A stretch of 14,915 nucleotides of DNA from Fibrobacterales bacterium (GCA_017650365.1 JAGCEZ010000052.1:1-14915), one strand, 5' to 3'. Shown: positions 1 to 9,113, counted from the first letter of the stretch. Program-made: numbers and translations. Notes: a model not told the origin generated them from the sequence alone.

Positions 1-375
1 CGCCAGGGGCGAGACCACGACGTCCTCGCCGCCGTTCAGCGACGGGATGGTCATGAAGTAGCGGTACTGCGAGAAGGAGCGGTGGTTCTCCTTCGCCAGG
101 ATGTCGGAGAGCTTCTCGTTCAGACGGCGGAGCGAGATCTCGCCGCGCTGGCGCAGCGACAGCGACGCCTCGTTGCGGATCTGGGTGACGGTCTTGGAGA
201 CGAGGTCGACCGCGGCGACGGCGGTCAGCGCGAAGATGGCGGCGAAATAGACGCCGAGCGCCCGGGGATTGGTGGGCTGGAGGAACTTCAGCGCCTGCTT
301 GCCCGCCGCGGCCGCCCGTTCGGCGCCTTCGCGCGCGAGGGCCGCCGCGTGGAGCGCGAGGCGTCGGGAGCTCAT
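1..375 (-). CDS. Putative sensor histidine kinase, N-terminal portion; gene runs off the window at position 1
   Basis: I translated the reverse complement of 375..1 myself and found 125 codons with no stop. The product begins MSSRRLALHAAALAREG and contains a TM helix (LGVYFAAIFALTAVAAVDLV) followed by an extracytoplasmic segment. GC3 is strongly biased, as in the real genes here. The ATG at 375-373 overlaps the TGA of the upstream response regulator (ATGA), the classic response-regulator/kinase operon arrangement. The kinase core lies outside the window, so the assignment is inferential. Confidence 0.5.
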   Translation of the reverse strand, partial: MSSRRLALHAAALAREGAERAAAAGKQALKFLQPTNPRALGVYFAAIFALTAVAAVDLVSKTVTQIRNEASLSLRQRGEISLRRLNEKLSDILAKENHRSFSQYRYFMTIPSLNGGEDVVVSPLA

Positions 376-1109
376 TCCTCTTCGTCGGGATTGGGACGGA
401 GCATGTAGCCCTCGCCCCGCTGCGTGAGCAGGTAGACCGGCGCGCCGGGCACCTTCTCGATCTTCTTGCGGATCTTGGTCACGTGGATGTCGACGGTGCG
501 GGTGTCGATGGACTCGGCGTTGTCGTAGCCCCAGACGTCGCGGAGCAGTTCCTGGCGCGAGACCGTCTGCTTGCGGTGCGCGTTCAGGTACTGCAGGATC
601 TCGATCTCCTTGCGCGTGAAGGGGATTTCGCGCCCGTCGGCCGTCACGCCGGCGTATTCGCGGAAGTGGATCGTCAGGTCGCCGAGCTTGAGGTCGTTCT
701 CCTGGTCGATGCTGCGGCGGCTGCGGCGCAGCACCGCCTCGATGCGCGCGAAGAGCTGCGGGACGGAGAAGGGCTTGGAGATGTAGTCGTCGGCGCCGAG
801 GGCCAGGCCGTCGATGATGTCCTGGTCGGAGTTGCGGGCCGAGAGCATGATGATCGGCAGCTCGCGGTTCCGTTCGCGGATCCTGTTGCAGACCGTGAAC
901 CCGTCCATCTTCGGGAGCATGATGTCGAGGATGACCAGGTCGTAGTTGCCGGAGAGCGCCTCCTCGAGGCCCTTCTCACCGTCGGGCGCCCAGGTGGCTT
1001 TGAATCCGCGGTAGTCGCAGATGTCGACCAGACCTTCCGCGATGTTCTGCTCGTCTTCGACGATCAGGACGCGGTACTGTTCCTTTTCGGTGTTGGCTTG
1101 CGTTTCCAT
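372..1109 (-). CDS. OmpR/PhoB-family two-component response regulator (receiver domain plus winged-helix DNA-binding domain)
   Basis: 245 aa. Receiver-domain hallmarks are present: VLIVEDE, DLVILDIMLP (phospho-acceptor Asp), and LSARNSDQD...GADDYISKPF. C-terminal OmpR-type winged helix: LTRKEIEILQYL...TVSRQELLRDVWG...DTRTVDIHVTKIRKKIE. Confidence 0.9.
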   Translation of the reverse strand: METQANTEKEQYRVLIVEDEQNIAEGLVDICDYRGFKATWAPDGEKGLEEALSGNYDLVILDIMLPKMDGFTVCNRIRERNRELPIIMLSARNSDQDIIDGLALGADDYISKPFSVPQLFARIEAVLRRSRRSIDQENDLKLGDLTIHFREYAGVTADGREIPFTRKEIEILQYLNAHRKQTVSRQELLRDVWGYDNAESIDTRTVDIHVTKIRKKIEKVPGAPVYLLTQRGEGYMLRPNPDEEE

Positions 1110-1154
1110 GGCAAGAAAGATAGACTCAATTCTCCGGGCCGGGGGCGGCCGGAA

Positions 1155-1182
1155 ACGAAAAAAGGCCTCCGGAGAGGCCTTT
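1155..1182 (-). terminator. Rho-independent terminator for the 1205..1957 gene
   Basis: Hairpin AGGCCTC-CGGA-GAGGCCT at 1163-1180. On the minus strand it is followed by TTTTTCGTTT. It lies 25 nt downstream of the minus-strand stop at 1205. Confidence 0.55.
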
Positions 1183-1204
1183 CGGAAAGGGGGGGAGGAG
1201 GCGC

Positions 1205-1957
1205 CTAGATGCCGAGGCCGCCGCCCAGTTCCAGGGTGAAGCCGTTGTCCACGCCCTTGGGCAGGCCGCCGAAGTGGTACTTGCCGTTGGCGTAGACGCT
1301 GAAGAAGAGGAGCTTGGCGCGGACGCCGACCAGCGCGTGGCCGCCGAAGCCCGATTCGTTGTCGCCGTAGGCCTTCTCCAGGGCCTTCTGCATGGCCTTG
1401 GCCTGGGCCTTTTCGTCGGCGCCCGGAGCCGCGGCGGCGCCGTAGACGGCGTCGACCATGGCCTCGGCCATCTTCTTGTCCATGGGCTTGGTCGCGTAGA
1501 TCATCGAGGGGCCGCCGCCGACGTAGGCTTGCAGCCCGATCACGGCCAGCGAGAGGTCGAGGGCGCGCCAGGCGAGGGAGAGGTCGACCGACATCATCCC
1601 GAAGAGCGGCTCGGCGTCGCCCAGGAGCGGGAAGCCCAGGTCGGCCTTCATCGGCAGCTCCTTGCCGGTCGGGGTCGTGACGGTGGCGCCGTAGGTGCCG
1701 CCCTGGAAGTTGGCGGTCGCCTCGACGTTGAGGGGGATGAAGGGGACGTCGAGCCAGAGCTTGAGGCCGAAGCCGTTGTCGATGGAGGCCTCTTCGCGGG
1801 CGAACGTGAATTCCTGGCCGGCCATCGTGAAGTTCTGCGTCTTGCCGCCCACCGAGGCGCCGAAGTTCGGTGCCCAGTGGCCGCCGACGCCGACGAGGGC
1901 GAACGAGGGGGCCGCGGCGAAGGCCGCGACGAGGGCGATCAGAGAGAGTTTGCGCAT
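1205..1957 (-). CDS. Secreted, outer-membrane-like protein of unknown function
   Basis: 250 aa ORF with Sec-type signal peptide MRKLSLIALVAAFAAAPSFA. Good Shine-Dalgarno (AGGAGAA) 7 nt upstream of the ATG. Gly-rich, alternating beta-strand-like segments, with an Ala/Lys-rich helical insert in the middle. Has its own terminator. Confidence 0.75.
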   Translation of the reverse strand: MRKLSLIALVAAFAAAPSFALVGVGGHWAPNFGASVGGKTQNFTMAGQEFTFAREEASIDNGFGLKLWLDVPFIPLNVEATANFQGGTYGATVTTPTGKELPMKADLGFPLLGDAEPLFGMMSVDLSLAWRALDLSLAVIGLQAYVGGGPSMIYATKPMDKKMAEAMVDAVYGAAAAPGADEKAQAKAMQKALEKAYGDNESGFGGHALVGVRAKLLFFSVYANGKYHFGGLPKGVDNGFTLELGGGLGI

Positions 1958-2071
1958 GGAGTTCTCCTTTTTCCTAATCCGCTGTCTTCGAATTTAACTT
2001 AAAAGAGGCGGAAGCGAACCGGGAAAATCGCCCGCGGAGCCTCTTCGGAACCCCTTTCTAGCTTTGCCCGC

Positions 2072-3634
2072 ATGGAAAAGAAAGAGAACGCGGCCTCCCC
2101 GTCCCCGAACAAGTTCCTCTCCGGCCCGCGGCTCGGGCTGCTGCTCCTGCTGGTCTGGTCCGCCGCCCTCGCGATCTGGGGGTTCGACCCCAAGGTGGAC
2201 CTCAACGGCGACAACGTCGCCTACCTCTCCCTCTCCCGCGGGATCCTGTCGGGAGAGGGGTTCTGCCAGACGAGCGACCCGGCCTGCCCGCCCGAGAAGC
2301 ACTTCCCGCCGGGCTATCCGCTCCTGCTCGCGGCCGCGTCGCTGGTCTCGGGCGACCTCCTCTTCCTGAAGGCCCTCAACGGCGCGCTTCTGGTCGCGTG
2401 CGCGTTCCTGCTCCGCGCTCTCTGCCTGCGGCTCGGCCTGCCTCCGCTCCTTTCGCTCGCCGCGGCCTTCGCCGTTCCGGCCAACGCCCATCTTCTGCGC
2501 TCGTCGACGATCCTGATGTCGGAGATCCCGTTCCTCTTCTGGTCGCTCCTGCTGCTCTGGCTGGCCGCGGCGCCCGCGTCCGGACGCCCGTTCTGGAAGA
2601 CCCCGCGCTTCTGGGGCGCGGCCGTCGTCTCGGCGGCCGCGGTCTACACGCGCACGGCCGGCGTCGCGCTGCCCTTCGGCGTCGTCCTCGCGCTCCTCGC
2701 GGCGAAGCGGAGGAAGGAGGCCGCCGCCTTCGCGCTGGCGAACGCCGCGCTCCTCCTCCCCTGGCAGATCCGCAACGCCGGCCTGGCGGGCGAGTCCTAC
2801 GCGTCGCAGCTCCTGGCGGTCAACCCCTACCGGCCCGAGCTGGGCCAGGCCGGCGCCGCCGAGCTGGCCGCGCGGTTCGGGCGCAACGTCGCGCGCTACC
2901 TGGGCGAGGAGATCCCCTCCGCGCTGGCGCCCGCGTTCCATCCCGACGGACCGGGCGCCGGCGGCTGGATCCTCGGGATCCTCCTCGTCGCGCTCGCCGG
3001 ACGGGGTCTCTGGAAGCTGCCGAAGGGCCGCGCTCTCCTGGGCGGCGTCCTGCTCGGGAGCTTCGGCGTGATGTTCCTCTGGCCCGAGGTCTGGGGCGGC
3101 GTCCGCTTCATGCTCGGCACGGTCCCCCTCCTGACGGTCCTCGCGCTCTGGGGCGCGCAGGACCTCGTCTCCAAAAAGGCGAAGCTCCCGCCCGCGTGGG
3201 CCTTCGCGGTCCCCGTCCTCCTGCTCTTCGGCCTGGGCGGCGTCCGGACCATGGCCCGGGCGGACTACCCGGCGCCGTGGCAGCGCTACAAGGCGCTCGC
3301 GGAGTGGTGCTCGCGGAACACGCCCGACACGGCGCTGGTCGTGGCGCGCAAGCCGACGCTCTTCTGGCTCTGGAGCTCCCGGCGCTCGGTCAACTACAAG
3401 CTGACGACGGACGCGGACGCGCTGATCGCGGACCTGGACTCCGTCGGCGCGGACTACGTCGTGGTGGAGCAGCTCGGCTACGCCTCGACGGCGCGCAACC
3501 TGGTTCCCGCGATGCAGGCGAACCCCGGGCGCTTCGCCCCGGTGGTCGCCGCGCAGAACCCCTTTACGGCTCTCTACCGGTTCCTTCCGGAGCCGCCTCC
3601 GGCCCGATCTCCGGAATCTCCTTCCGCAGAATGA
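2072..3634 (+). CDS. GT-C fold glycosyltransferase, PMT_2/ArnT-like (GT39/GT83-type polyprenyl-phosphate-sugar dependent), multi-pass membrane protein
   Basis: 520 aa with about 10 or more hydrophobic helices. The first extracytoplasmic loop carries the ArnT/PMT signature pattern D-x-x-Y-x-x-x-S-R-x-x-L-x-x-G-x-F (GDNVAYLSLSRGILSGEGF). It ends with a soluble C-terminal domain, as in ArnT and PMT. Confidence 0.65.
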   Translation: MEKKENAASPSPNKFLSGPRLGLLLLLVWSAALAIWGFDPKVDLNGDNVAYLSLSRGILSGEGFCQTSDPACPPEKHFPPGYPLLLAAASLVSGDLLFLKALNGALLVACAFLLRALCLRLGLPPLLSLAAAFAVPANAHLLRSSTILMSEIPFLFWSLLLLWLAAAPASGRPFWKTPRFWGAAVVSAAAVYTRTAGVALPFGVVLALLAAKRRKEAAAFALANAALLLPWQIRNAGLAGESYASQLLAVNPYRPELGQAGAAELAARFGRNVARYLGEEIPSALAPAFHPDGPGAGGWILGILLVALAGRGLWKLPKGRALLGGVLLGSFGVMFLWPEVWGGVRFMLGTVPLLTVLALWGAQDLVSKKAKLPPAWAFAVPVLLLFGLGGVRTMARADYPAPWQRYKALAEWCSRNTPDTALVVARKPTLFWLWSSRRSVNYKLTTDADALIADLDSVGADYVVVEQLGYASTARNLVPAMQANPGRFAPVVAAQNPFTALYRFLPEPPPARSPESPSAE

Positions 3635-6183
3635 CCTGGGCGGCCGCCGGCACGAAGACCAGCGCGGTCAGGAGCGTGCAGGAGATGGCGACCACGGCCA
3701 GTTCGCCGATGGTCCGCATGCCGTGGTGCCCGATGAAGAGCACGCCCACGAACCCGCCGACCGTCGTGAGCGACGAGGCGACCACCATCTGCCCGACGGT
3801 GTCGTAGAGCCGGCGGACGTTCCGCAGGCCGAGGCGCTCCATGCCCGAGAGCAGGTGGATGGAGGAGTCGATCCCCACGCCGAGCGCCAGCGGGATGACG
3901 ATGATGTTGTAGACGCTGAAGCGGCCCAGGTCCATCGTCAGCGAGAGGATCCCCATGACGCCGACCGTCCAGAGCGAGCCCAGCACGAGCGAGCCGAAGG
4001 CCAGCAGCGCCTTGCGCCGCGAGTCGAGCGAGAAGAGCAGCGTCAGCAGCAGGACGGCCGCCATCAGCAGGGCCAGCTTGGCGCTGTCCTGGCGCACCGC
4101 CCGCACCACGTCGGAGAAGGTGAAGCTCGAGGAGAACGAGCGCAGCTGCCGCCCGCCGAAGGTCCAGTTCCCGTAGCGGTCCTGGAACTTCTCCGCGGCC
4201 AGCGCGTTCCAGCTCTCGAACTTGCCGTAGATGAAGCCGATCTTCCCGTAGCTGCCGTCGCGCTCCTTCAGCAGGTTGAGCGCCCATTCCGGCAGGTCCT
4301 CGGGCGTGAACGCCTCCACCTTCGACATCTCGCGCAGCTTGTCGACCAGCTCCCGCTCCTCGCCCTCGGCGCGGTCGAACGCGCGGGCGTCGATCAGCTC
4401 GGCGATCTCCTCGATCACCTCGAGCCGCTCCTCCTGCTCCTCCGCCGGCGGGACGAAGGTCTTCAGCGTGAGGAAGCTCTTCAGCACGGGGTCCTTGTCC
4501 ACGTGCAGGCGGACCATCAGCGTGTCGTAGAGCGCGTCGAGCTCCTCGCGCGTGTCGCCCAGCACCACGACGGGCTGCGACGAGGTGCGCTTGCCCCCCT
4601 GCGCGACGCCGGTGTGGAAGTTCGGGCCCGCGTCCGCGGAGGCGGGGCGGGCGGCGCGCAGCTTGCGGAAGTCGTTCTCGAACCCGCACCAGGGCGCGAA
4701 GCAGGCGAGGACGACGGTCGCCGCGGCGGCGGCCGCGGTCGCCCTCTTCAGGAACTTCGCGACGTCGGCGTCCGTCCAGCGCTTCGGGAAGACGGAGAAC
4801 GGGTGCGCGGCGGGCAGGCGGCCGATGCACAGCACGAGCAGCGGCAGCACCGTGAACGCCGAGACGTAGCTGATGAAGACGCCGACCGAGGCGATGGCGC
4901 CGAATTCGTAGAAGCCGCGGAACTTCGCCGCGAGCAGCGTCAGCATGCCGGCGACCGTGGTCAGGCAGGCGAGCGACATCGGCTTGAAGAGGTCCAGGAC
5001 CGTCCTGACGAGCGCCTCCTCGACGGAGTTCCCCTCGGCCCGGAGCCTTTGCGCGGTGCCGAGGAAGTGGATGGAGTAGTCGATCCCCATGCCCAGGATG
5101 ATCGCCGCGACGAAGAGCGTGAAGGGGTTGAGCTCGCCGTAGGAGACCGCGGTGAAGCCGAGCATGAGCGTCGCGGCGTTGGCGACGTTGAACATCGCCA
5201 GGAGGGCGGCCCAGCCGCGGAAGAAGACGATCATCATCCCCAGCAGGAGGACCGTGCTGATGACCGTGGAGACGAGCCCGTCCTGCTGCATCGCCTCGAC
5301 GTCCTCGAGGCCTTCGTAGGAGCCGGCCACGCCGAAGTGGACGGTCGTCCCCCAGTCGCGGGAGCGGAAGCGCTCCAGCAGCGAGTCGGTGCGCGCGAGG
5401 ACCAGCTTGGTGAAGTCGAGGTCGGTGGCCGATCCGGTCAGCTTGCAGAGCACGACGCCGTTGATCGTCCTGTCCTCCTCGTGCTGGCCGATCAGGCGGG
5501 CCTTGAGGTGCGAAGGCAGGCAGGCCTTGGGGTCCCACGCGACCGCGGCCGTGTCCTTCTTCCCGGCCTTGGCGGAGTCCTTCCGGACCAGCTTCGTGAA
5601 GCTGTCGAAGGCGTCGGCCGCCTCGTCGGGGAGACCCAGCTCCTGCGGGATGTCGGAGTCGAACCAGACGAGCTCCTCTTCCTTTTCGCCTTCCCCGGTC
5701 AGGTCCACGGTCAGGGGGCCCTTCGCCCCCATGCGGCGCTGGAGCGTCGCGAGGTTGTCGCGCACGCGCTCCAGGTGGCGGACGGGGAGGTAGAGCAGGG
5801 CGTGTTCCGCGAAGAAGTCCGTCGGCTGGTCGATCTGCGCGGAGACGAGGATGTCCTTCCACTCGGCGTCGAGGACGCGCTTGAGCGAGTCCTGCAGGTC
5901 GGCCACGAGGAGGGCGCTGTCGGACTGGATCACCAGCATGAACTTGTCGCTGGCGCCGAACCGCCTGTTGACCTCCTGGAGGGCGAGCACGCTCGGGGTG
6001 TCCTTCGGGAGGAGGGAGGAGAGGTCGCTGTTGATCCGGATCTTCGTCGCGGCGAGCCAGCCCGAAAGGGCGAGCAGGGCGAGGGTCAGGGCGAGGAAAG
6101 GCCAGCGGAATCGGCGCAGGCGGCCGATCAGCGCGCGGGCGAAGCGCTCGGTCTTGGTTCCGTTCATCTTCGTTTTTTCCATT
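3564..6183 (-). CDS. MMPL/RND-superfamily transporter (two-repeat 12-TM exporter, HpnN/MmpL-like)
   Basis: About 873 aa from the ATG at 6183 (MEKTKMNG...). Two repeats, each with a large soluble domain followed by a 5-6 TM bundle (GLVSTVISTVLLLGMMIVFF... and ...LLMAAVLLLTLLFSLDSRRKALLAFGSLVLGSLWTVGVMG...GVGIDSSIHLL). The six-frame ORF extends to 6407, but that stretch overlaps the divergent gene's start and looks non-coding. An alternative start is the ATG at 6168. Confidence 0.85.
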
Positions 6184-6249
6184 GGAATGCCAACTGAGGC
6201 AAAATAGAAAAAAGGGTCCTTTCGGCCCTCATTGTCTATTTTGTGGGGG

Positions 6250-7314
6250 ATGAACACGCTTTCCGGCATCCGTCTCCCCGGCGCGGGCCTCCTCGCGGCG
6301 CTCGCGTTCCTCGCGCTCTCCGCGCACGCGGCCCCGATCGTCGCCCCCGCGGGCGCCCCGCACGCGCCCGGCCCCGCGGAGATGGGCAGCCACCCCATCG
6401 ACAGCAAGACCTACAACGAGGTCTGGACCTGGCAGGCCCGCCTGAACGGCTCGATGGACCTCCTGGTCAACTTCACGCGCGGGAACTTCGGCTCGTTCAA
6501 GGACCCGGTCTGCGGCGCGAACGTCCTGCTCGTCGGGTTCGGCGGAAAGACGCATTCCGTCGCGCGCGAATACCCCAAGTCGAACTTCTCCTGGGACCCG
6601 GGCGCCGCGCGGATCCAGGTCCACAAGCAGATCTGGGCCGAGGGGCTCCCCCCGCAGAGGCACCACCTCCGCTTCGCCACGACGAAGAAGGGCGTGGAGT
6701 GGCTGGTCGACCTCGAGTTCACGCAGATCGCCCCTTCGCTCGTGCGCGGGAACGGCGTCTGGAAGCTGGGCGGGCACGCGTTCGGGCAGGTGATCCACGT
6801 CCCGTGGGCGAAGGTCTCCGGGACGATCGCCGTGGGCGGCGACACGGTCGCCGTGAACGGCACGGCGACGATGGACCACACCTGGCAGGACGACATGGCG
6901 CCCGAGATCGTCTCGCGCACCATTCGCTGGCGGACCACGGGCGCCTCGGGCGCGTGGGAGACCGCGTTCCTCGTCCGGCCCGAGGACGGGAAGGGCGTCG
7001 CGGGCTACGCGCTGCGCAAGGGTCCCGCGGGGACCGAGATGCGCGTTCCGCAGTCGTGGGAGGCCGCGGAGTCGAAGAAGGTCGGCGGGATCAAGGAGTG
7101 GCCGACGGTCCTGCTCGTGGACTACGGGCCGGCCGGGCGCGACTCCGTTTCGTTCGGCGACGCCTGGGCGAAGACCTCGGTGCTCGACGAGTTCGAGGGG
7201 GTCACGCGCTGGGCGGTCAAGAAGTTCCTCGGCGGCGAGGTGGTGGACTACCGCGGGCCCGCGAAGATCAACGGCAGGCCGGGCGCCTACGTGAACGCCT
7301 TCGTGAAGGACTGA
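6250..7314 (+). CDS. Secreted protein of unknown function, possibly lipocalin-like (AttH/CrtC-type); first gene of the nfo-exbBD operon
   Basis: ATG at 6250 gives [29 protein letters not shown], a clear signal peptide. 354 aa, rich in beta-like segments. The stop at 7312-7314 is 1 nt before the nfo ATG. The functional guess rests only on size and secreted character (low confidence). Confidence 0.8.
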   Translation: MNTLSGIRLPGAGLLAALAFLALSAHAAPIVAPAGAPHAPGPAEMGSHPIDSKTYNEVWTWQARLNGSMDLLVNFTRGNFGSFKDPVCGANVLLVGFGGKTHSVAREYPKSNFSWDPGAARIQVHKQIWAEGLPPQRHHLRFATTKKGVEWLVDLEFTQIAPSLVRGNGVWKLGGHAFGQVIHVPWAKVSGTIAVGGDTVAVNGTATMDHTWQDDMAPEIVSRTIRWRTTGASGAWETAFLVRPEDGKGVAGYALRKGPAGTEMRVPQSWEAAESKKVGGIKEWPTVLLVDYGPAGRDSVSFGDAWAKTSVLDEFEGVTRWAVKKFLGGEVVDYRGPAKINGRPGAYVNAFVKD

Positions 7315-7315
7315 G

Positions 7316-8164
7316 ATGAAGACGATCGGCGCCCACGTCTCCGCCTCCGGCGGCCTTTGGCAGGCGCCGCTCAACGCCGCCGCGATCGGCGCGACCGCGT
7401 TCGCGCTCTTCACCAAGAACCAGCGCCAGTGGACGGCGCCCCCGCTCTCCGCAGCGGAGATCGACCGCTTCCGGAAGACGTGCGAGGAGAAGGGCTACGG
7501 CCCCGCGCAAATCCTGCCGCACGACTCCTACCTCATCAACCTGGGCAACCCCGACGCGGACAAGCGGGCCGTCTCGCTCGGCTCGATGGTCCACGAACTG
7601 CGGCGGTGCGAGGCGCTCGGGCTGGACCGGCTGAACTTCCACCCCGGCAGCCACCTGCGCGAGATTTCCGAAGAGGAGTGCCTCGGGCTCATCGCGGACG
7701 GGATGAACCGCGCGCTCGAACAGACGAAGGGCGTGACGCTGGTGATCGAAAACACCGCTGGCCAGGGGAGCAACCTCGGGTACCGTTTCGAGCACCTCGC
7801 GCGGCTGATCGAGCTGGTCGAGGACAAGAGCCGCGCGGGCGTCTGCATCGACACCGCGCACACGTTCGCCTCGGGCCACGACCTGCGCACGGCGGAAGCC
7901 GTCCGCGCGACGCTGGACGAGTTCGACCGCGTCGTCGGGCTGAAGTGGCTGCGCGGCATGCACCTGAACGACTCCAAGGCGGCCCTCGGCTCGCGCGTCG
8001 ACCGGCACCAGAGCATCGGCAGGGGGCTGATCGGCGAGGAGTGCTTCCGGACGCTGATGAAGGACCCGCGCCTGGACGGGATTCCGCTGATCCTGGAAAC
8101 CATCGACCCGGAGCTCTGGCCGAGCGAGATCGCGTCGCTGAAGGCCTGGGCCGGAGAGGAGTGA
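7316..8164 (+). CDS. nfo: Endonuclease IV (AP endonuclease, Nfo)
   Basis: 282 aa. N-terminus [13 protein letters not shown] is canonical. Conserved metal-binding segments [29 protein letters not shown] and HLNDSK are present. Confidence 0.93.
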   Translation: MKTIGAHVSASGGLWQAPLNAAAIGATAFALFTKNQRQWTAPPLSAAEIDRFRKTCEEKGYGPAQILPHDSYLINLGNPDADKRAVSLGSMVHELRRCEALGLDRLNFHPGSHLREISEEECLGLIADGMNRALEQTKGVTLVIENTAGQGSNLGYRFEHLARLIELVEDKSRAGVCIDTAHTFASGHDLRTAEAVRATLDEFDRVVGLKWLRGMHLNDSKAALGSRVDRHQSIGRGLIGEECFRTLMKDPRLDGIPLILETIDPELWPSEIASLKAWAGEE

Positions 8165-8171
8165 AAAGACC

Positions 8172-8711
8172 ATGCGCCTGATCGAATTCGTCGCGCTCGG
8201 CGGCACCATCGGCTGGATCCTGGTGATGATGAACGTCTTCGGCTTCGGGCTGATGATCCGGAAGTGGCTGGAGATCCGGCGCTTCCAGCGCGTCGTCCGC
8301 CCGGGGCTGGCGAAGCAGATCGAGGAGCGCCTGCAGAAGGCCGGCGTGCGCGGGACCGTGCTGCTGGAGGCGGCGCGGACCGAGGTGGCGCAGTCGTGCG
8401 CGCCGCTGGAGCGCGGGATGTCGGCGCTGCAGACCATCGCGACCATCGCGCCGCTGACGGGGCTGCTCGGCACCGTGGTCGGGATCTTCAACGCGTTCCA
8501 GATCGTCTCTGAGCGCGGCCTCGACGACCCGGCGCTCTTCGCGGGCGGCATCAAGCTCGCGCTGGTCACCACGGTGATCGGCCTGGTGGTCGCCATTCCG
8601 CACGTCGTGGCCTACAACGCCTTCGCCACGGCGATCGACGCCGAGCAGAACGCGCTCGAGAACGAGCTGCTCCTCGACCTCGGCGAGCAGGAGCGGCCGA
8701 AGGGGGCCTAG
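8172..8711 (+). CDS. exbB: MotA/TolQ/ExbB-family proton channel protein (ExbB-like, short form)
   Basis: 179 aa with three TM helices. Conserved C-terminal TM region IKLALVTTVIGLVVAIPHVVAYNAF is typical of ExbB/TolQ. It starts 8 nt after nfo. Confidence 0.85.
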   Translation: MRLIEFVALGGTIGWILVMMNVFGFGLMIRKWLEIRRFQRVVRPGLAKQIEERLQKAGVRGTVLLEAARTEVAQSCAPLERGMSALQTIATIAPLTGLLGTVVGIFNAFQIVSERGLDDPALFAGGIKLALVTTVIGLVVAIPHVVAYNAFATAIDAEQNALENELLLDLGEQERPKGA

Positions 8712-8714
8712 TCC

Positions 8715-9113
8715 GTGCCGAGACGCCGCCGTCCGCTCCTGAAGCTCGACATGACGCCGCTCATCGACGTCGTCTTCCTGCTGCTGATCTTCTTCCTGGT
8801 CACCTCGATCTTCCGCAAGGACCAGACCACGCTGAACCTGCAGCTCCCGCCCGTGGGCGCGGCGGCGACCGAAGTCCCCGTGCGCCCGCTCCAGGTCGAG
8901 CTCTCCGAGACGCGGCTCGCCTTCGGCGGCGAGGTCCTCTCGTTCGAGGAGTTCGACCGGACGCTCGGCGGCGCGCCCGACCGCGAAGTCCCGGTTTCGG
9001 TGAAGATCGACGAGAACGTCCGCTACGAGCGCATCGCCAGGATGCTCGAGATCCTGCAGCGCCACGGGTTCCGGAAGCTGGACCTGGTGCAGCGCGTCAA
9101 GGAGCCCCGGTAG
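8715..9113 (+). CDS. exbD: ExbD/TolR-family biopolymer transport protein
   Basis: 132 aa from a GTG start, with AAGGGGG Shine-Dalgarno upstream. N-terminal RRRR followed by the TM helix LDMTPLIDVVFLLLIFFLV, which contains the conserved protonatable Asp. Periplasmic domain as in ExbD/TolR. It starts 3 nt after the exbB stop. Confidence 0.85.
   Translation: MPRRRRPLLKLDMTPLIDVVFLLLIFFLVTSIFRKDQTTLNLQLPPVGAAATEVPVRPLQVELSETRLAFGGEVLSFEEFDRTLGGAPDREVPVSVKIDENVRYERIARMLEILQRHGFRKLDLVQRVKEPR

Noticed and set aside
82-408. Plus-strand 108-aa ORF
   Set aside because: It lies entirely antisense to the GC3-rich kinase gene, has an Arg/Gly/Asp-rich shadow composition and no ribosome-binding site.
483-1239. 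Plus-strand ORFs (241 aa, 71 aa, 72 aa) and a minus-strand 101-aa ORF inside the response-regulator gene
   Set aside because: They are antisense or alternative-frame shadows of a well-supported response-regulator gene, with low-complexity Arg/Ala/Gly translations.
1274-2002. Plus-strand 242-aa and 100-aa ORFs opposite the secreted-protein gene
   Set aside because: They are antisense to a gene with a signal peptide, Shine-Dalgarno and terminator, and have GC-shadow composition.
1994-3807. Minus 315-aa, plus 469-aa, minus 118-aa and other ORFs overlapping the GT-C gene
   Set aside because: The translations are Arg/Gly/Pro/Glu-rich and low-complexity. They overlap a strongly hydrophobic, clearly real membrane-protein frame.
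3574-6207. Minus 762-aa and plus 824-aa ORFs plus several short plus ORFs over the MMPL gene
   Set aside because: Very long open frames are expected in 70% GC DNA. The products are Arg/Gly/Asp/His-rich with no domain-like features, whereas the MMPL frame has canonical TM bundles.
6229-8596. Minus 395-aa, 175-aa, 442-aa and 191-aa ORFs, and plus 358-aa and 274-aa ORFs, across the secreted-protein/nfo region
   Set aside because: They are alternative-frame shadows of the tightly coupled plus-strand operon and none has the hallmarks of a real gene.
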